The translations under genes were made by a program, and so were the position numbers. A stretch of DNA of 64,000 nt from NCBI GenBank assembly GCA_964346585.1, contig CAYFVQ010000121.1, positions 11,113-75,112 on the forward strand. The letters run 5' to 3'. The notes beneath the pieces are model-generated. The model saw only the letters and a list, made by a program, of their open reading frames with translations, did not search any database and was not told where the DNA came from. This document shows, in pieces, positions 27,028 through 36,947 of this stretch; the stretch's first letter is position 1, and each line of letters starts with the position of its first letter. The DNA comes from an uncultured Eubacteriales bacterium (GTDB lineage Bacteria > Acidobacteriota > Aminicenantia > Aminicenantales > Aminicenantaceae).

Positions 27028-28728
27028 TCACTCCCTCTTAAGACCTCTCTCTATTTCCTTTTTATCTATTTTAACGATGACTGGTCTTCCGTGAGGACAG
27101 AGGGATGAATTTGAAGTCTTGAAGAGCTCTTCAACGAGATAACTCATCTTTGCCAAGGTCAACGGTTGACCGGCCTTGACAGCTGTTTTACACGCCAATG
27201 TGGCCAGTATACTCTTCTTTTTATCTTCGGCCCTGTTCTTTCTCAGGTCTTCAAGGAGAGAGAGAAATATTTCCCTGGCCTCGTCCTCTTTGAACAAATC
27301 AGGAAATTCTTTCAAAGAGAAGCTCCTTCCGCTCATGGCTTCTACCCTAAAGCCCGCCTCTTCCAGCGAATCTCTGTTGTCTTCCAGGCTTAACACCTGG
27401 GATGGCGAAAGTTCAAAGAGGATAGGAAAAAGAGCCAGTTTTTGAGGCCATTTCTTTTTCCTGTCGATATCCTGATATTTTTCAAAAAGAACCCTCTCAT
27501 GGGCGTTATGTTGATCGATGATGAATATTCCGTCTTCTGAAGAGGCAACAATGTAAGTATCCTCGTACTGCCCCAGAACTCTCGGGAAAATCCCTTCATC
27601 TTTTTCTGGAGAAGGAAACAGTCTCTCCGCCTCCACCGGCCTTCTATCTGCAAACGGGAAACTTCGCCCGCCCCTCTCCTCTTTTATTTCCAGCCTGCGC
27701 TTTTCTCCCTCCTGGCTGGGATAAACTTCTTTTACTCCCTGTTCTCTCAACATGGCTTTTTCTATACTGTGGAGGACAAGTTGAAAAAAAGGACGGGAAT
27801 CCCTGAACCTGACTTCTGCCTTGGCGGGATGGACATTGACATCCACATCATCAAGGGGGCAGGAGAGAAAAAGGAATGCCTCAGGATGCTGGTCTTTCTC
27901 CAAGAAGCCTTTGTATGCTTGATTCAGAGCCGCCTGGAGAGTCCGATCCTTGATCATCCGCGTGTTCACAAAAAAGAGCTGGTGTGTCCTGTCTCGACGT
28001 CCTGAGGGAGGAATCGACGCATACCCAAACAGACGCCTTCCTTCCTCCTCATGGTCGACTTCCATGAGATGTTCCACTAGGGATTTTCCATAAACTTGAA
28101 AAATCCTTTCCTTGAGAGTCTTGACAGGAGGATAGTCAAAGACTTGACGCTTTCCGTGAATCAAAGAAAACCTCACATCATGATTAGCGAGGGAAACAAA
28201 AGTCAAGTATCTGACGATCAAGTTCAGTTCAGACCTTTCTGAACGGAGAAATTTCTTTCGTGCGGGCAGGTTGAAGAATAAGTCTCGAACTTCTACAGAC
28301 GTTCCCATAGGAAAAGCAATATCTGAGACCTGGACAACCTCCTCTCCCTCTCTTTCTATAAGAGTTCCCTTTGCTCCTTTTCCATTCGAAGTCTTCAAAA
28401 TAATCCTTGAAACCGCAGAAATGCTGGGAAGTGCTTCTCCTCTAAAGCCCAGAGTGGCTATGCGGCTGAGGTCCTCAATCGTCTCAATCTTGCTGGTTGA
28501 ATGCCTTTCAAAACAAAGAAGAGCATCCTCCCGGGACATCCCATGTCCATTATCCGTGATCCTGATCAGTTTTTTCCCCCCTGAAATAAGTTCTGTTTTT
28601 ACCTCTGAGGCTCCGGCATCCAAAGAGTTCTCTACCAGCTCCTTGACTGCAGAAAACGGCCTTTCGATGACTTCGCCTGCAGCAATTTTCTGCGCCACTT
28701 CTTGAGGAAGAAGAATAATATTTTTCAT
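27028..28728 (-). CDS. mutL: DNA mismatch repair protein MutL
   Basis: 'IAAGEVIERPFSAVKELVENSLDAGA' GHKL ATPase; 'DNGHGM'; C-terminal dimerisation/endonuclease region; ATG 28728 (MKNIILLPQE) preferred over the track start 28782. Confidence 0.9.
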   Translation of the reverse strand: MKNIILLPQEVAQKIAAGEVIERPFSAVKELVENSLDAGASEVKTELISGGKKLIRITDNGHGMSREDALLCFERHSTSKIETIEDLSRIATLGFRGEALPSISAVSRIILKTSNGKGAKGTLIEREGEEVVQVSDIAFPMGTSVEVRDLFFNLPARKKFLRSERSELNLIVRYLTFVSLANHDVRFSLIHGKRQVFDYPPVKTLKERIFQVYGKSLVEHLMEVDHEEEGRRLFGYASIPPSGRRDRTHQLFFVNTRMIKDRTLQAALNQAYKGFLEKDQHPEAFLFLSCPLDDVDVNVHPAKAEVRFRDSRPFFQLVLHSIEKAMLREQGVKEVYPSQEGEKRRLEIKEERGGRSFPFADRRPVEAERLFPSPEKDEGIFPRVLGQYEDTYIVASSEDGIFIIDQHNAHERVLFEKYQDIDRKKKWPQKLALFPILFELSPSQVLSLEDNRDSLEEAGFRVEAMSGRSFSLKEFPDLFKEDEAREIFLSLLEDLRKNRAEDKKKSILATLACKTAVKAGQPLTLAKMSYLVEELFKTSNSSLCPHGRPVIVKIDKKEIERGLKRE

Positions 28729-28817
28729 GGGCTCTATTGTATCCTTAATCCTGTCTGCTGTTGAATTCAAGCATAGTGGCATTTCATAAAAAAACAGTTA
28801 GCTTGTCAATAGCAATA

Positions 28818-29014
28818 GGGGACGTTCCCCAAGGGGACACCCTATCTCTAGCAATTGGCTTCATGGAAATCATTAAATGAAAGTGTGTCTCTGTGGGGAA
28901 CATCCCCATATTTCATTATCTCCTCCAATTGGTTTCATGAGAATCATCAAAAGCTTGGGTGTCCCCTTGGGGAACGTCCCCATATTTTACCTTGGGGAAC
29001 GTCCCCATATTTTA
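28818..29014. repeat. nested inverted and tandem repeat array built on GGGGAACGTCCCC palindromes
   Basis: Perfect 25-bp inverted repeat 28818-28842 / 28957-28981. About 73-bp tandem units 28843-28915 and 28917-28989. Exact 25-bp tandem duplication 28965-28989 / 28990-29014. Confidence 0.85.
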
Positions 29015-29599
29015 TTTAACTGAAACAAAAGGGCTGTCTTTAAGATACGCGCGCCACAGCCTTTCCCGTCCTTGCCTGATGCCGATCCGAGGCCTCCACA
29101 GCAGCTCTCTTTCTTTTCGTTCTTTTCTTAATCCTTCTCTAATAGAGAGAGGAGACTTTGGAGAAGAAACCAACAGGCCGTTCAAAGCCAGGTCAATGCT
29201 CAATGCCTGGCAGAGCTTCGCTGGGCCTGAACACAGGTTTTTAATCTTGTCAGTTTTTCGCCGTGCCTTCATCAGCGAAATCCCTTCGAGAGGCTCTACG
29301 GCCCGTATCAGGACAGCCGCGGGGAAATTTTCTCTTTCTGTGACCACATTGAGCATGTAATGCAGTCCATACGTGAGGTAGACAAAAGCTCTGGCTGGCG
29401 ATCCATACAGTATCTCGCTTCTTTTTGTCCGACCTCTATGCGCGAAGGAGGCCGGGTCATCCTCGCCGCAATACGCTTCAGCTTCCACGATTATTCCAGA
29501 TGTAACGCCCTCCTTTGAAGCCCGCACAAGAACCATGCCGATCAGGTCTTCCAGAACGTCCAGAGTCGGACGCGCGTAGAATGAAACAGGAAGGATCAT
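29012..29599 (-). CDS. mpg: DNA-3-methyladenine glycosylase (Mpg/AAG family)
   Basis: 'IIVEAEAYCGEDDPASFAHRGRTKR', 'AFVYLTYGLHYMLNVVT' family signature; ATG 29599 avoids overlap with mtaB. Confidence 0.8.
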   Translation of the reverse strand: MILPVSFYARPTLDVLEDLIGMVLVRASKEGVTSGIIVEAEAYCGEDDPASFAHRGRTKRSEILYGSPARAFVYLTYGLHYMLNVVTERENFPAAVLIRAVEPLEGISLMKARRKTDKIKNLCSGPAKLCQALSIDLALNGLLVSSPKSPLSIREGLRKERKERELLWRPRIGIRQGRERLWRAYLKDSPFVSVK

Positions 29600-29618
29600 T
29601 GGGTACGGACCACAAGAT

Positions 29619-30875
29619 TCAGGACTGAGGCGGATTGACGACTTCGCCTCTTGTCTCTCTTTCATCCACTTGTGTGATTAATACTTTCACTTCATTTTTT
29701 TCACTATAAAGTGAAGAAGGAACACACACTCTAAAATAATTAGAGGTCAAAACTTCGTCCTGTGTCTCTCCTTTCTTGACGACAACAGCCTCACATTCCT
29801 CCCCTAAAAAATTCCGGCGGAAATCTTCATTCTTCGTCCTGGATAATCTTCTTAAAAGTGCGGCTCTCTCCTTTTTCAACCTGTCATGAACCTGGTGCCA
29901 GGATGCAGCCGCAGTTCCCGGGCGAGCGGAATAGGAAAAAACATGAAAATAGGTCAGCGGTGATTGTCTCAAGAATGAAAAGGTCTGCTCGAATTCTTCC
30001 TCGGTCTCTCCAGGAAATCCGGCGATGATATCGGCTCCCAGAGAAGCACGCGGGGATTTCTCTCGGAAACTCGAGAGAATCTCATTGTAGGCCTCAACTT
30101 TACTCCTTCTTCCCATGCGGCTCAGTATATCATCCGACCCACTCTGGAGTGAAAGGTGAAAATGAGGACATATTTTCTCACTTGTTGCAATAAACTCAAT
30201 CAGAGATGGCTTTAAAAATCGGGGGTCAAGCGAACTTAACCTCATTCTTGAAAGTCCCTCTATTTCACTAATCTCACCTAGAAGCTCCAGTAAGGAGCTC
30301 TGGGGTTTAAGGTCCAATCCATAAGAACTGAGATGAATCCCGGTCAGGACAATCTCTTTGAAGCCCTGTGCATTGAGTGCCTTCAACCGAGCCACTATTT
30401 CTTTCTTCCCAACGCTTGCACTTTCTCCTCTTACACTGGGGATGACGCAAAAAGTGCATCTGAAATTGCATCCATCCTGAACTTTCACCAGGGCTCGAGA
30501 ACGAAAAGCAGACGTCGATATATCATCCTGAGGGCTAGCATGAGACAGGATCTCTGTCAAAATATTCTCTTTTTCTGCATTGGAGAAAATCCGCCAGACC
30601 CGTGGCATTTTTTTTAGCTCCTCGGGGGACCTCTCGGCATAGCATCCAGTAACGATCAGCCTGGCCTCTGGATTCAGACGTGATACCTTTCTTATGAAGC
30701 TTCTCGTATCGCTGTCCGCGCGGCTGGTCAAGGTACAGGAATTGATCACAACGAAATCACTCTGCAGAGAATCTTTTTCCAGTTTTAATCCCTTCTTCTG
30801 AAGCGCATCTGTCCAGCAGAAAGCTTCCGCTTGATTGACGCGACAGCCGAAAGTCTGGATTGAAAACGAAGTCAT
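29619..30875 (-). CDS. mtaB: radical SAM methylthiotransferase, MiaB-like (MtaB type)
   Basis: UPF0004 N-domain 'TFGCRVNQAE', radical SAM 'CNFRCTFCVIP', C-terminal TRAM-like region. Confidence 0.8.
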   Translation of the reverse strand: MTSFSIQTFGCRVNQAEAFCWTDALQKKGLKLEKDSLQSDFVVINSCTLTSRADSDTRSFIRKVSRLNPEARLIVTGCYAERSPEELKKMPRVWRIFSNAEKENILTEILSHASPQDDISTSAFRSRALVKVQDGCNFRCTFCVIPSVRGESASVGKKEIVARLKALNAQGFKEIVLTGIHLSSYGLDLKPQSSLLELLGEISEIEGLSRMRLSSLDPRFLKPSLIEFIATSEKICPHFHLSLQSGSDDILSRMGRRSKVEAYNEILSSFREKSPRASLGADIIAGFPGETEEEFEQTFSFLRQSPLTYFHVFSYSARPGTAAASWHQVHDRLKKERAALLRRLSRTKNEDFRRNFLGEECEAVVVKKGETQDEVLTSNYFRVCVPSSLYSEKNEVKVLITQVDERETRGEVVNPPQS

Positions 30876-31363
30876 ATTTTCTTCTGGATGTCCTTGGATT
30901 TACTCTCAACCTGAGATTCCATTTTCTCTCGATATTTCTTCAGCTTTTCACTCAAAGAAGGATCCTTCAGGCCTAATACTTGGATCGCGAGGAGAGCGGC
31001 ATTCGCCGCGCCAGATTTTCCCAGGCCCATCGTTGCCACCGGAATTCCTTTTGGCATCTGCACAGTGGAGAGGAGAGCGTCCAGACCATTTAAGGTGGGG
31101 CTTCCGACAGGGACTCCGATAACAGGACGGATGGTGTGGGCTGCCACCACTCCTGCCAAATGAGCCGCTTTACCCGCCATGGCGATAAATACCTCTGCAC
31201 CATCCTTCTCGCAGGACTCTATAAGCTTGACCGTCCTTCCGGGAGACCGATGAGCAGAAGTGATTTCTAGTTTGTGAGACACTTGAAACTCTTTGAGTAT
31301 ACCTAAAGCCTCCTTGGCAACTTCCAAATCCGAATCACTCCCGATAAAAATAGCGACTTTCAT
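30872..31363 (-). CDS. purE: 5-(carboxyamino)imidazole ribonucleotide mutase
   Basis: 'KVAIFIGSDSDLEVAKEA', 'SAHRSP', 'AGKAAHLAGVVAAHT', 'PVIGVPV'. Confidence 0.9.
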   Translation of the reverse strand: MKVAIFIGSDSDLEVAKEALGILKEFQVSHKLEITSAHRSPGRTVKLIESCEKDGAEVFIAMAGKAAHLAGVVAAHTIRPVIGVPVGSPTLNGLDALLSTVQMPKGIPVATMGLGKSGAANAALLAIQVLGLKDPSLSEKLKKYREKMESQVESKSKDIQKKI

Positions 31364-32640
31364 TCTCCTCCCTCCTTAACGGCACCGATATCCTTCCGAA
31401 AATGCATGCCTTCAAAGGATATTCCAGAGATAGCCTTGTATATTTTTTCTAAAGTCTTATCGAGATTTTCTTCCGAAGCACAAATACCGACCACTCGTCC
31501 TCCGTTCGTGTAATATCCTCCATCCTGGTACTTTGTTCCGGCGTGGAAGATCTTGATTCCAGGCATTCCTGAAGTCTCTTCGAGCCCCTCTATCTTCTTC
31601 CCCTTTTCGTAATCCAGCGGATACCCGCCAGAAGCCAAAACCACGCAAGCGGACGCATTAGAGCTCCACTCTATCTGTTTCTCCCCTGCACTTTCCTCCA
31701 CTATTGAAAGAAGGATATCAATAAAGTCACTCTCCATCCTCAACACCTGGGGTTGTGTCTCTGGGTCTCCAAACCGACAGTTATACTCGAGCACTCGAGG
31801 CCCTTCCTCTGTGAGCATCAACCCCACATACAGGACTCCCTTATACTTTCTTCCCTCTTCACGCATGTGATTCACTGTGGGGAAGACGATAGATTCCATG
31901 ATCTCTGAAAAGAAATCCTCATCGATGAAGGGAGACGGAGAAATGGCTCCCATCCCTCCTGTGTTCGGGCCCTTGTCTCCTTCAAAAACCGCCTTGTGGT
32001 CCATTGTCGTCACAAGCGGGAGGACATGTGTTCCGTCGGAAAGGACGATGAATGATGTCTCCCTTCCCCTCAAGAATTCTTCCACAAGGACTCTTCTTCC
32101 CGCTTCCCCAAATTTCTTCTCCACCATGATCAGATTGATCGCGGCTTCGGCCTCTTGACGATCCTTGCAGATGATGGCTCCTTTTCCCGCAGCCAACCCA
32201 TCGGCTTTGACGACCAAAGGGAAAGAGAACTTTCCAGAGTCGAGAACCCCCACTGCCTGTTCTGGAGAATCCGCCACTTTGGCCCGGGCGGTCGGAATGT
32301 TGTGACGCTCCAAAAACTGCTTGGCAAACACTTTACTGCCTTCCAGTTCGGCTGTTTTTTGATCCGGACCGAATATTTTCAGGCCTCTTTTCTCAAATTC
32401 ATTGACTATCCCCAGGGTCAGAGGAAGCTCAGGCCCCACCACAGTCAGGTCAATCTGCCTGCTTTCGGCAAAATCCGCCAGTTCTTTGATGTCGGAATCA
32501 CCGATAGGGACATTCTCACCGATACTCATCGTGCCTGGATTTCCCGGGGCACAGAAGAGTTTGTCAAGCTGAGAGCTCTGGGCCAATTTCCAGGCCAATG
32601 CATGCTCTCTTCCTCCTGAACCAACCACTAATACTTTCAT
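31360..32640 (-). CDS. purD: phosphoribosylamine-glycine ligase
   Basis: 'MKVLVVGSGGREHALAWKL', ATP-grasp core, 'GDKGPNTGGMGA'; ATG 32640; the longer track ORF overlaps the upstream gene. Confidence 0.9.
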   Translation of the reverse strand: MKVLVVGSGGREHALAWKLAQSSQLDKLFCAPGNPGTMSIGENVPIGDSDIKELADFAESRQIDLTVVGPELPLTLGIVNEFEKRGLKIFGPDQKTAELEGSKVFAKQFLERHNIPTARAKVADSPEQAVGVLDSGKFSFPLVVKADGLAAGKGAIICKDRQEAEAAINLIMVEKKFGEAGRRVLVEEFLRGRETSFIVLSDGTHVLPLVTTMDHKAVFEGDKGPNTGGMGAISPSPFIDEDFFSEIMESIVFPTVNHMREEGRKYKGVLYVGLMLTEEGPRVLEYNCRFGDPETQPQVLRMESDFIDILLSIVEESAGEKQIEWSSNASACVVLASGGYPLDYEKGKKIEGLEETSGMPGIKIFHAGTKYQDGGYYTNGGRVVGICASEENLDKTLEKIYKAISGISFEGMHFRKDIGAVKEGGE

Positions 32641-32734
32641 CTCATATTCCTTTTTCTGCCCTGAATTAAATCCAGATTGAATCATTCTGACAAAAAAGGA
32701 CCTGCCCGTCAATGCACGCCGGCCCTCTTCTGCC

Positions 32735-34171
32735 TTATATAATTTCCTCCAGGTTCTCTTTGAGCATTTCTGCGAAACCCGGGTAGACAAACACACTATT
32801 CAATATTTTCGTAGCAAGGGGTAAAGCTTCTTTCGGAGGAAGACAGAATTTCATCTCGAGAAAATTCTTGCGGAATTCTTTCACATCCTCTTTGATATTT
32901 TTATTCCTTATGACGACATCCGCGATCAATCCTGAAAGAACGTCGAAATCCTTCTCTTCCATCCCGAAGCGGGTCATTTCCTGGACACCCATCCGGATTC
33001 CACTCGCCTCGAGGAATGTTTCATCATCGGGTAAAGCTTGATAATTCGTGACGATGTTGTTCTCTTCAAGCCGGCGGGCGATTTCGTTTCCAAGCCCGTA
33101 CTCTCTCACCCGCATCAGGACTTGATGGGTCTCTGTGAATCCATCCTTCTCGTCCCCTTCGACCTGAATTCCCTTGTCTTTCAGAGACCGGGCAAAGGCT
33201 TTTGCATTGCTACAGACCTGGCTCTGGTATTCCTCCTTAAACTCGTTCATCTCATAAGCTGCCGCTAACAGTGCCAGAAGGGTCCCCAAATGATGATTGC
33301 TCGTTGAACCGGGAAAAGCTCGGCCCTTGATATCCAGCCAGAGCTTTCGAAGGGGGCTTCCTTTGGGAAAGTTTCCCGCGATGACTCCCCGCTGAGGACC
33401 GAAAAAGGTTTTGTGCGTGCTTCCGGTTATGACGTCCGCTCCTTCCTGAAGAGGAGTCTGAAACTCCCCGTAGATTCCCAGGACATGAGCCATGTCATAC
33501 ATGATAACCGGGCGCACCTCCCAGTCCTTGACCAAATCCGATACAAACTTCACCGGCTCCTGGTAGATGAACATGCTCTTGCCAAAAATCACGAGTTCAG
33601 GTTTATGTTGTTCGATGAGTTCACCGAGTCTATCTGTGTCGATTTTATAGAAATTCTCCTTCAAAACGGGAAAATTGATGACATTATCCTTTCCCGTTTC
33701 AGGATTTTCAGCCACAAAGTTGAATAAAGCTCCCATGGGCTGAGAGCTGAGATGCCCTCCTTTGGTCAACGCATTGTTCATGACCAGCCTCATCTTGCGC
33801 ATCGGTTGACCCTCAGGACGATCGCGGTTCAGAAAACGCACCATTCCCTTGAAGACGACCTCATTGGCCATTTGTCCGCTTATCGTCCTGAGTTCGACCT
33901 CTGAGCAGCCGAAATATCGAGCGAATTCCTGCTGTGCTTCTTCCTCAACATCTCTGATGAAATCCGTTCCTTGATAAAAATAAATCTCTTCACCTTTCAT
34001 GGTCCTGTGTTCTGCGTAGCGGCCGGAGGGATCGGAAATCTCACACATTTTCACCAGGAGAGAAGGGGTTGTTTCAGATGGAATGAGGTTAAACGATGCG
34101 CTCTGCCGCCAGTTATTGTTCTCTTGTATTTTATCAGATAAAGATCGGATCTTATCATGAAATGATGACAT
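32735..34171 (-). CDS. glyA: serine hydroxymethyltransferase-family PLP enzyme (long form, 478 aa)
   Basis: 'FNLIPSETTPS' (compare LIASEN), PLP-lysine context 'GSTHKTFFGPQRG' (compare THKTLRGPRGG); longer than typical bacterial GlyA. Confidence 0.7.
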   Translation of the reverse strand: MSSFHDKIRSLSDKIQENNNWRQSASFNLIPSETTPSLLVKMCEISDPSGRYAEHRTMKGEEIYFYQGTDFIRDVEEEAQQEFARYFGCSEVELRTISGQMANEVVFKGMVRFLNRDRPEGQPMRKMRLVMNNALTKGGHLSSQPMGALFNFVAENPETGKDNVINFPVLKENFYKIDTDRLGELIEQHKPELVIFGKSMFIYQEPVKFVSDLVKDWEVRPVIMYDMAHVLGIYGEFQTPLQEGADVITGSTHKTFFGPQRGVIAGNFPKGSPLRKLWLDIKGRAFPGSTSNHHLGTLLALLAAAYEMNEFKEEYQSQVCSNAKAFARSLKDKGIQVEGDEKDGFTETHQVLMRVREYGLGNEIARRLEENNIVTNYQALPDDETFLEASGIRMGVQEMTRFGMEEKDFDVLSGLIADVVIRNKNIKEDVKEFRKNFLEMKFCLPPKEALPLATKILNSVFVYPGFAEMLKENLEEII

Positions 34172-34188
34172 TCTTTTTTCTCCTCTTT

Positions 34189-34641
34189 TTAAGGCTTAAA
34201 ATTTCTTTCTTCTAAATCAAATATTTTCTGGAGCCGGTCCTGATGTCTTCCTCCCTCAAATTCAGTATCCAACCAGATTCGAACAATATTGAGTGCCTCA
34301 TCCTGAGGAAGGACTCTTCCACCCAGTGTCAGACAGTTTGAATCATTATGACTCCGGCTCATTTCAGTTGAATATTCATCCTGACAGGGAGTGGCCCGGA
34401 TCCCTTTGAACTTATTGGCCACGATAGTCATCCCAAGACCTGTTCCACAGACCAATATGGCTCTATCAGATTGCCCGGAACAGACGCTTTTGACCGCTTT
34501 CTCTCCAAACTCAACATAATCCACCCTTTCTTCAGGCCCGCAGCCAAAATCCTCATACTCTATCCCTCTTTCAGATAGATAGGCCAGAATGCTCTGTTTG
34601 AGTTCATACCCCGCGTGGTCCGAAGCCGTTGCGATTTTCAC
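34189..34641 (-). CDS. rpiB: ribose-5-phosphate isomerase B
   Basis: 'KIATASDHAGYELK', 'CGTGLGMTIVANKFKGIRA'; GTG 34641 preceded by AAAGGAGGAGGAT gives a typical 150-aa RpiB; the track ORF extends to 34743. Confidence 0.85.
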   Translation of the reverse strand: MKIATASDHAGYELKQSILAYLSERGIEYEDFGCGPEERVDYVEFGEKAVKSVCSGQSDRAILVCGTGLGMTIVANKFKGIRATPCQDEYSTEMSRSHNDSNCLTLGGRVLPQDEALNIVRIWLDTEFEGGRHQDRLQKIFDLEERNFKP

Positions 34642-35074
34642 ATCCTCCTCCTTTCTCAAACGAATGAATCCGGTTTCCTTTATTTCTTGATGTGTCATTA
34701 TAACAAGATTTCGATGAAATAAAAAAGGGGTCGCAGTCGTCACTTTGATAGAGGAGGTAACTTGGGTTGAAAGAGTATCAGGTCAAGGTCTTGGGCGGCT
34801 CAATCAGGATCAAGCTTCAACGTTAGGCTTTTGCAGCCAGGCCTTTGGGATTAATTTAGGTCAGGCCTTGGCAGGATGGATGTCTACCCAACTGGAATCA
34901 CGCCATGGGTATAGACATACAGAAAAGAACTGCCTCTGAAAGCCAAATTCCAACTGGAGCAAGGCCATCCCTGAATGCTATCTAATCATTTACCCATATA
35001 AAATAGAAAAGAACCAATATATCTAAAGTCAATCTTCTTAGGAGGGAACGGTTTATAAAAATGAGAGCTGATGC

Positions 35075-36658
35075 TTATTTCTGTATTGGCTTGTCCTGTT
35101 TTATGAGAGAGGCCGCCTCCGGGAAAACTTCGATGGCCTTTAAAACAACCGGGTCATCCCTCTGATAAGCCCACCATCCATCTTCCTGGCTCCAGAGTGC
35201 GGAAAATATTTCTTTTTCCAGCCATCTCTTTATTTCTACCATCGTCGATTCAAATTCAGCCGGATCATATTCGATTTTGGCCTCCTGCAGATATGATTTA
35301 AAATCCTCGATGACTTTTGAGTCGGCTCTAAAATCCCGGCCGATAACTGTCTTCCCATCGACATTTTCGGTCTTTGCCCGCATTTCCCTAGGGAAAATAA
35401 ACATTCTCGAAAGAAGAGTTTCCTTCTTCAAAAATTTTCTCGTGTACGAAAAGAACGCGCCTTTGTAAATGAAATAATAAATGATATCATCCAAAGAAGA
35501 TTTCACTTCATAGTCTGGAGATATTCCTCCCTGCCCCAGAACTTTCCTTCCCCCGATCGTATACCTCACTTCTCTTTTTTCCTCAGGGGCCTTCTTGCTT
35601 AATAGGTAATCATCGATGCGGGTGTAATCTCTTTGGATGGACCGGCCGCTCGGGGTGAAATATCTTGCCGTAGTCAGCGCCACGGCAGCATTATGGCTAA
35701 TCGGGAACACAGTCTGCACGAGCCCCTTTCCAAAGGAGTCTTCACCGACAATTAAACCTCGATCATTATCTTTTATGGCACCGCTAACAATCTCAGGGGC
35801 ACTGGCACTCCCTCTATCAATTAATATCACGAGGGGCGTCTTCTCGTATTGATTGTCCTTCAAGGCGCGAAACTCCCTGTTGAAATCCCTGTGTCTTCCC
35901 TTCATCGAAACAATGACAGCGCCTCTGGGAAGGAACTCGTCTGAAATCTCTATTGACTGGACAAGAGTTCCTCCAGCGTTTGTCCTCATATCAAGTATGA
36001 GCCTCTTCATTCCCTGCTTGGTTAATGAGGCCATTTTCTCCTCAAATTCCCTTGTCGTCGTTCCGGAAAAACCACGGATTCTGATGTATCCGATATCATC
36101 CTGAAGGATGAACGCATAAGAAATGCTGTGGAGTGGAATCTCCTCCCTGGTCACAGTCATCTCTAGAGGTTTCTCCAACCCCTCGCGAGTAATCGTGATG
36201 TTGATCTTCGTTCCTTTAATGCCCCTTAATTTCTGCACGGCTTGCCGGCTTGTTATATTCTTCGTGCTTTCCCCATTGATATGAGAAATGACATCTCCAG
36301 GGAGAACACCCAGTCTGTACGCTGGCCCCCCTTCGATGGGAGAGATGACGACCAAGCGATCTTCTTGCTTCTGAATCAAGATGCCCAGCCCATGGTATTT
36401 CCCCTCATAGTCTTCTGTCATCCGAGCCAGATAATCGGGATCCAGAAAATAGGAGTGAGGGTCCAGAGTCTGGAGCATCCCCCTAATAGAAGAATAGGTC
36501 AACTGGTCAAGATCGACATCCTCAAAATAATATTCCTCGAGTAGAGATGCGACGGAAGCAATCTTTTTGTAAGAGTATCCCCATATATCTTCATCCTTAG
36601 CCGGAAGCAGGACGAGCACAAGGATCAAGGCAACAAGCAAAATGATCTTTCTCTTCAT
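35075..36658 (-). CDS. ctp: carboxyl-terminal processing peptidase, S41 family
   Basis: Signal anchor; PDZ ('GDVISHINGESTKN'); catalytic region 'LIDRGSASAPEIVSGAIKDNDRGLIVGEDSFGKG'. Confidence 0.85.
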   Translation of the reverse strand: MKRKIILLVALILVLVLLPAKDEDIWGYSYKKIASVASLLEEYYFEDVDLDQLTYSSIRGMLQTLDPHSYFLDPDYLARMTEDYEGKYHGLGILIQKQEDRLVVISPIEGGPAYRLGVLPGDVISHINGESTKNITSRQAVQKLRGIKGTKINITITREGLEKPLEMTVTREEIPLHSISYAFILQDDIGYIRIRGFSGTTTREFEEKMASLTKQGMKRLILDMRTNAGGTLVQSIEISDEFLPRGAVIVSMKGRHRDFNREFRALKDNQYEKTPLVILIDRGSASAPEIVSGAIKDNDRGLIVGEDSFGKGLVQTVFPISHNAAVALTTARYFTPSGRSIQRDYTRIDDYLLSKKAPEEKREVRYTIGGRKVLGQGGISPDYEVKSSLDDIIYYFIYKGAFFSYTRKFLKKETLLSRMFIFPREMRAKTENVDGKTVIGRDFRADSKVIEDFKSYLQEAKIEYDPAEFESTMVEIKRWLEKEIFSALWSQEDGWWAYQRDDPVVLKAIEVFPEAASLIKQDKPIQK

Positions 36659-36884
36659 GACAGTTCCACTGATTTAAATACTACCAAAGCCGCGGGCTCT
36701 TGTAAAGTTGATATTGACTTCCGGTATCTGGACCAGGTTCCATTTTCCACTTTTTGGCTCAATAAAAGAGAATTGAGTTGAGATTATTATTTACCAATGA
36801 GGAGGGACAACGGAAAAAAGTGACCTGACTCCATTTGTCGGCTCCGCCTGTATAACGATATCTTTTCATGAAATCCCCTTTTCC

Positions 36885-36913
36885 TTGACTTCTCCTAGTC
36901 ATGAGGCTATATT
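36885..36913 (+). promoter_or_regulatory. candidate sigma-70 promoter for tatA-tatC
   Basis: TTGACT (36885-36890), 17-nt spacer, TATATT (36908-36913); 35 nt upstream of tatA ATG. Confidence 0.4.
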
Positions 36914-36947
36914 TCCATAAGCATCTGTCATTCAAAGAGAAGAGAAA

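Noticed and set aside
28965-29014. Possible mini-CRISPR, because of exact 25-bp repeats
   Set aside because: The two exact copies are directly adjacent with no spacer. Other copies are irregularly spaced and partly inverted. No cas genes are in the window.
34642-35074. ZTP (pfl), purine or THF riboswitch upstream of the rpiB-glyA-purD-purE string
   Set aside because: Neither GGGUCGUGACUGGCG...CCGCCUGGGC-like ZTP cores nor purine-riboswitch loop motifs were found on the minus strand. Only the GGTCAGGCCTTGG repeats, reported separately, are present.
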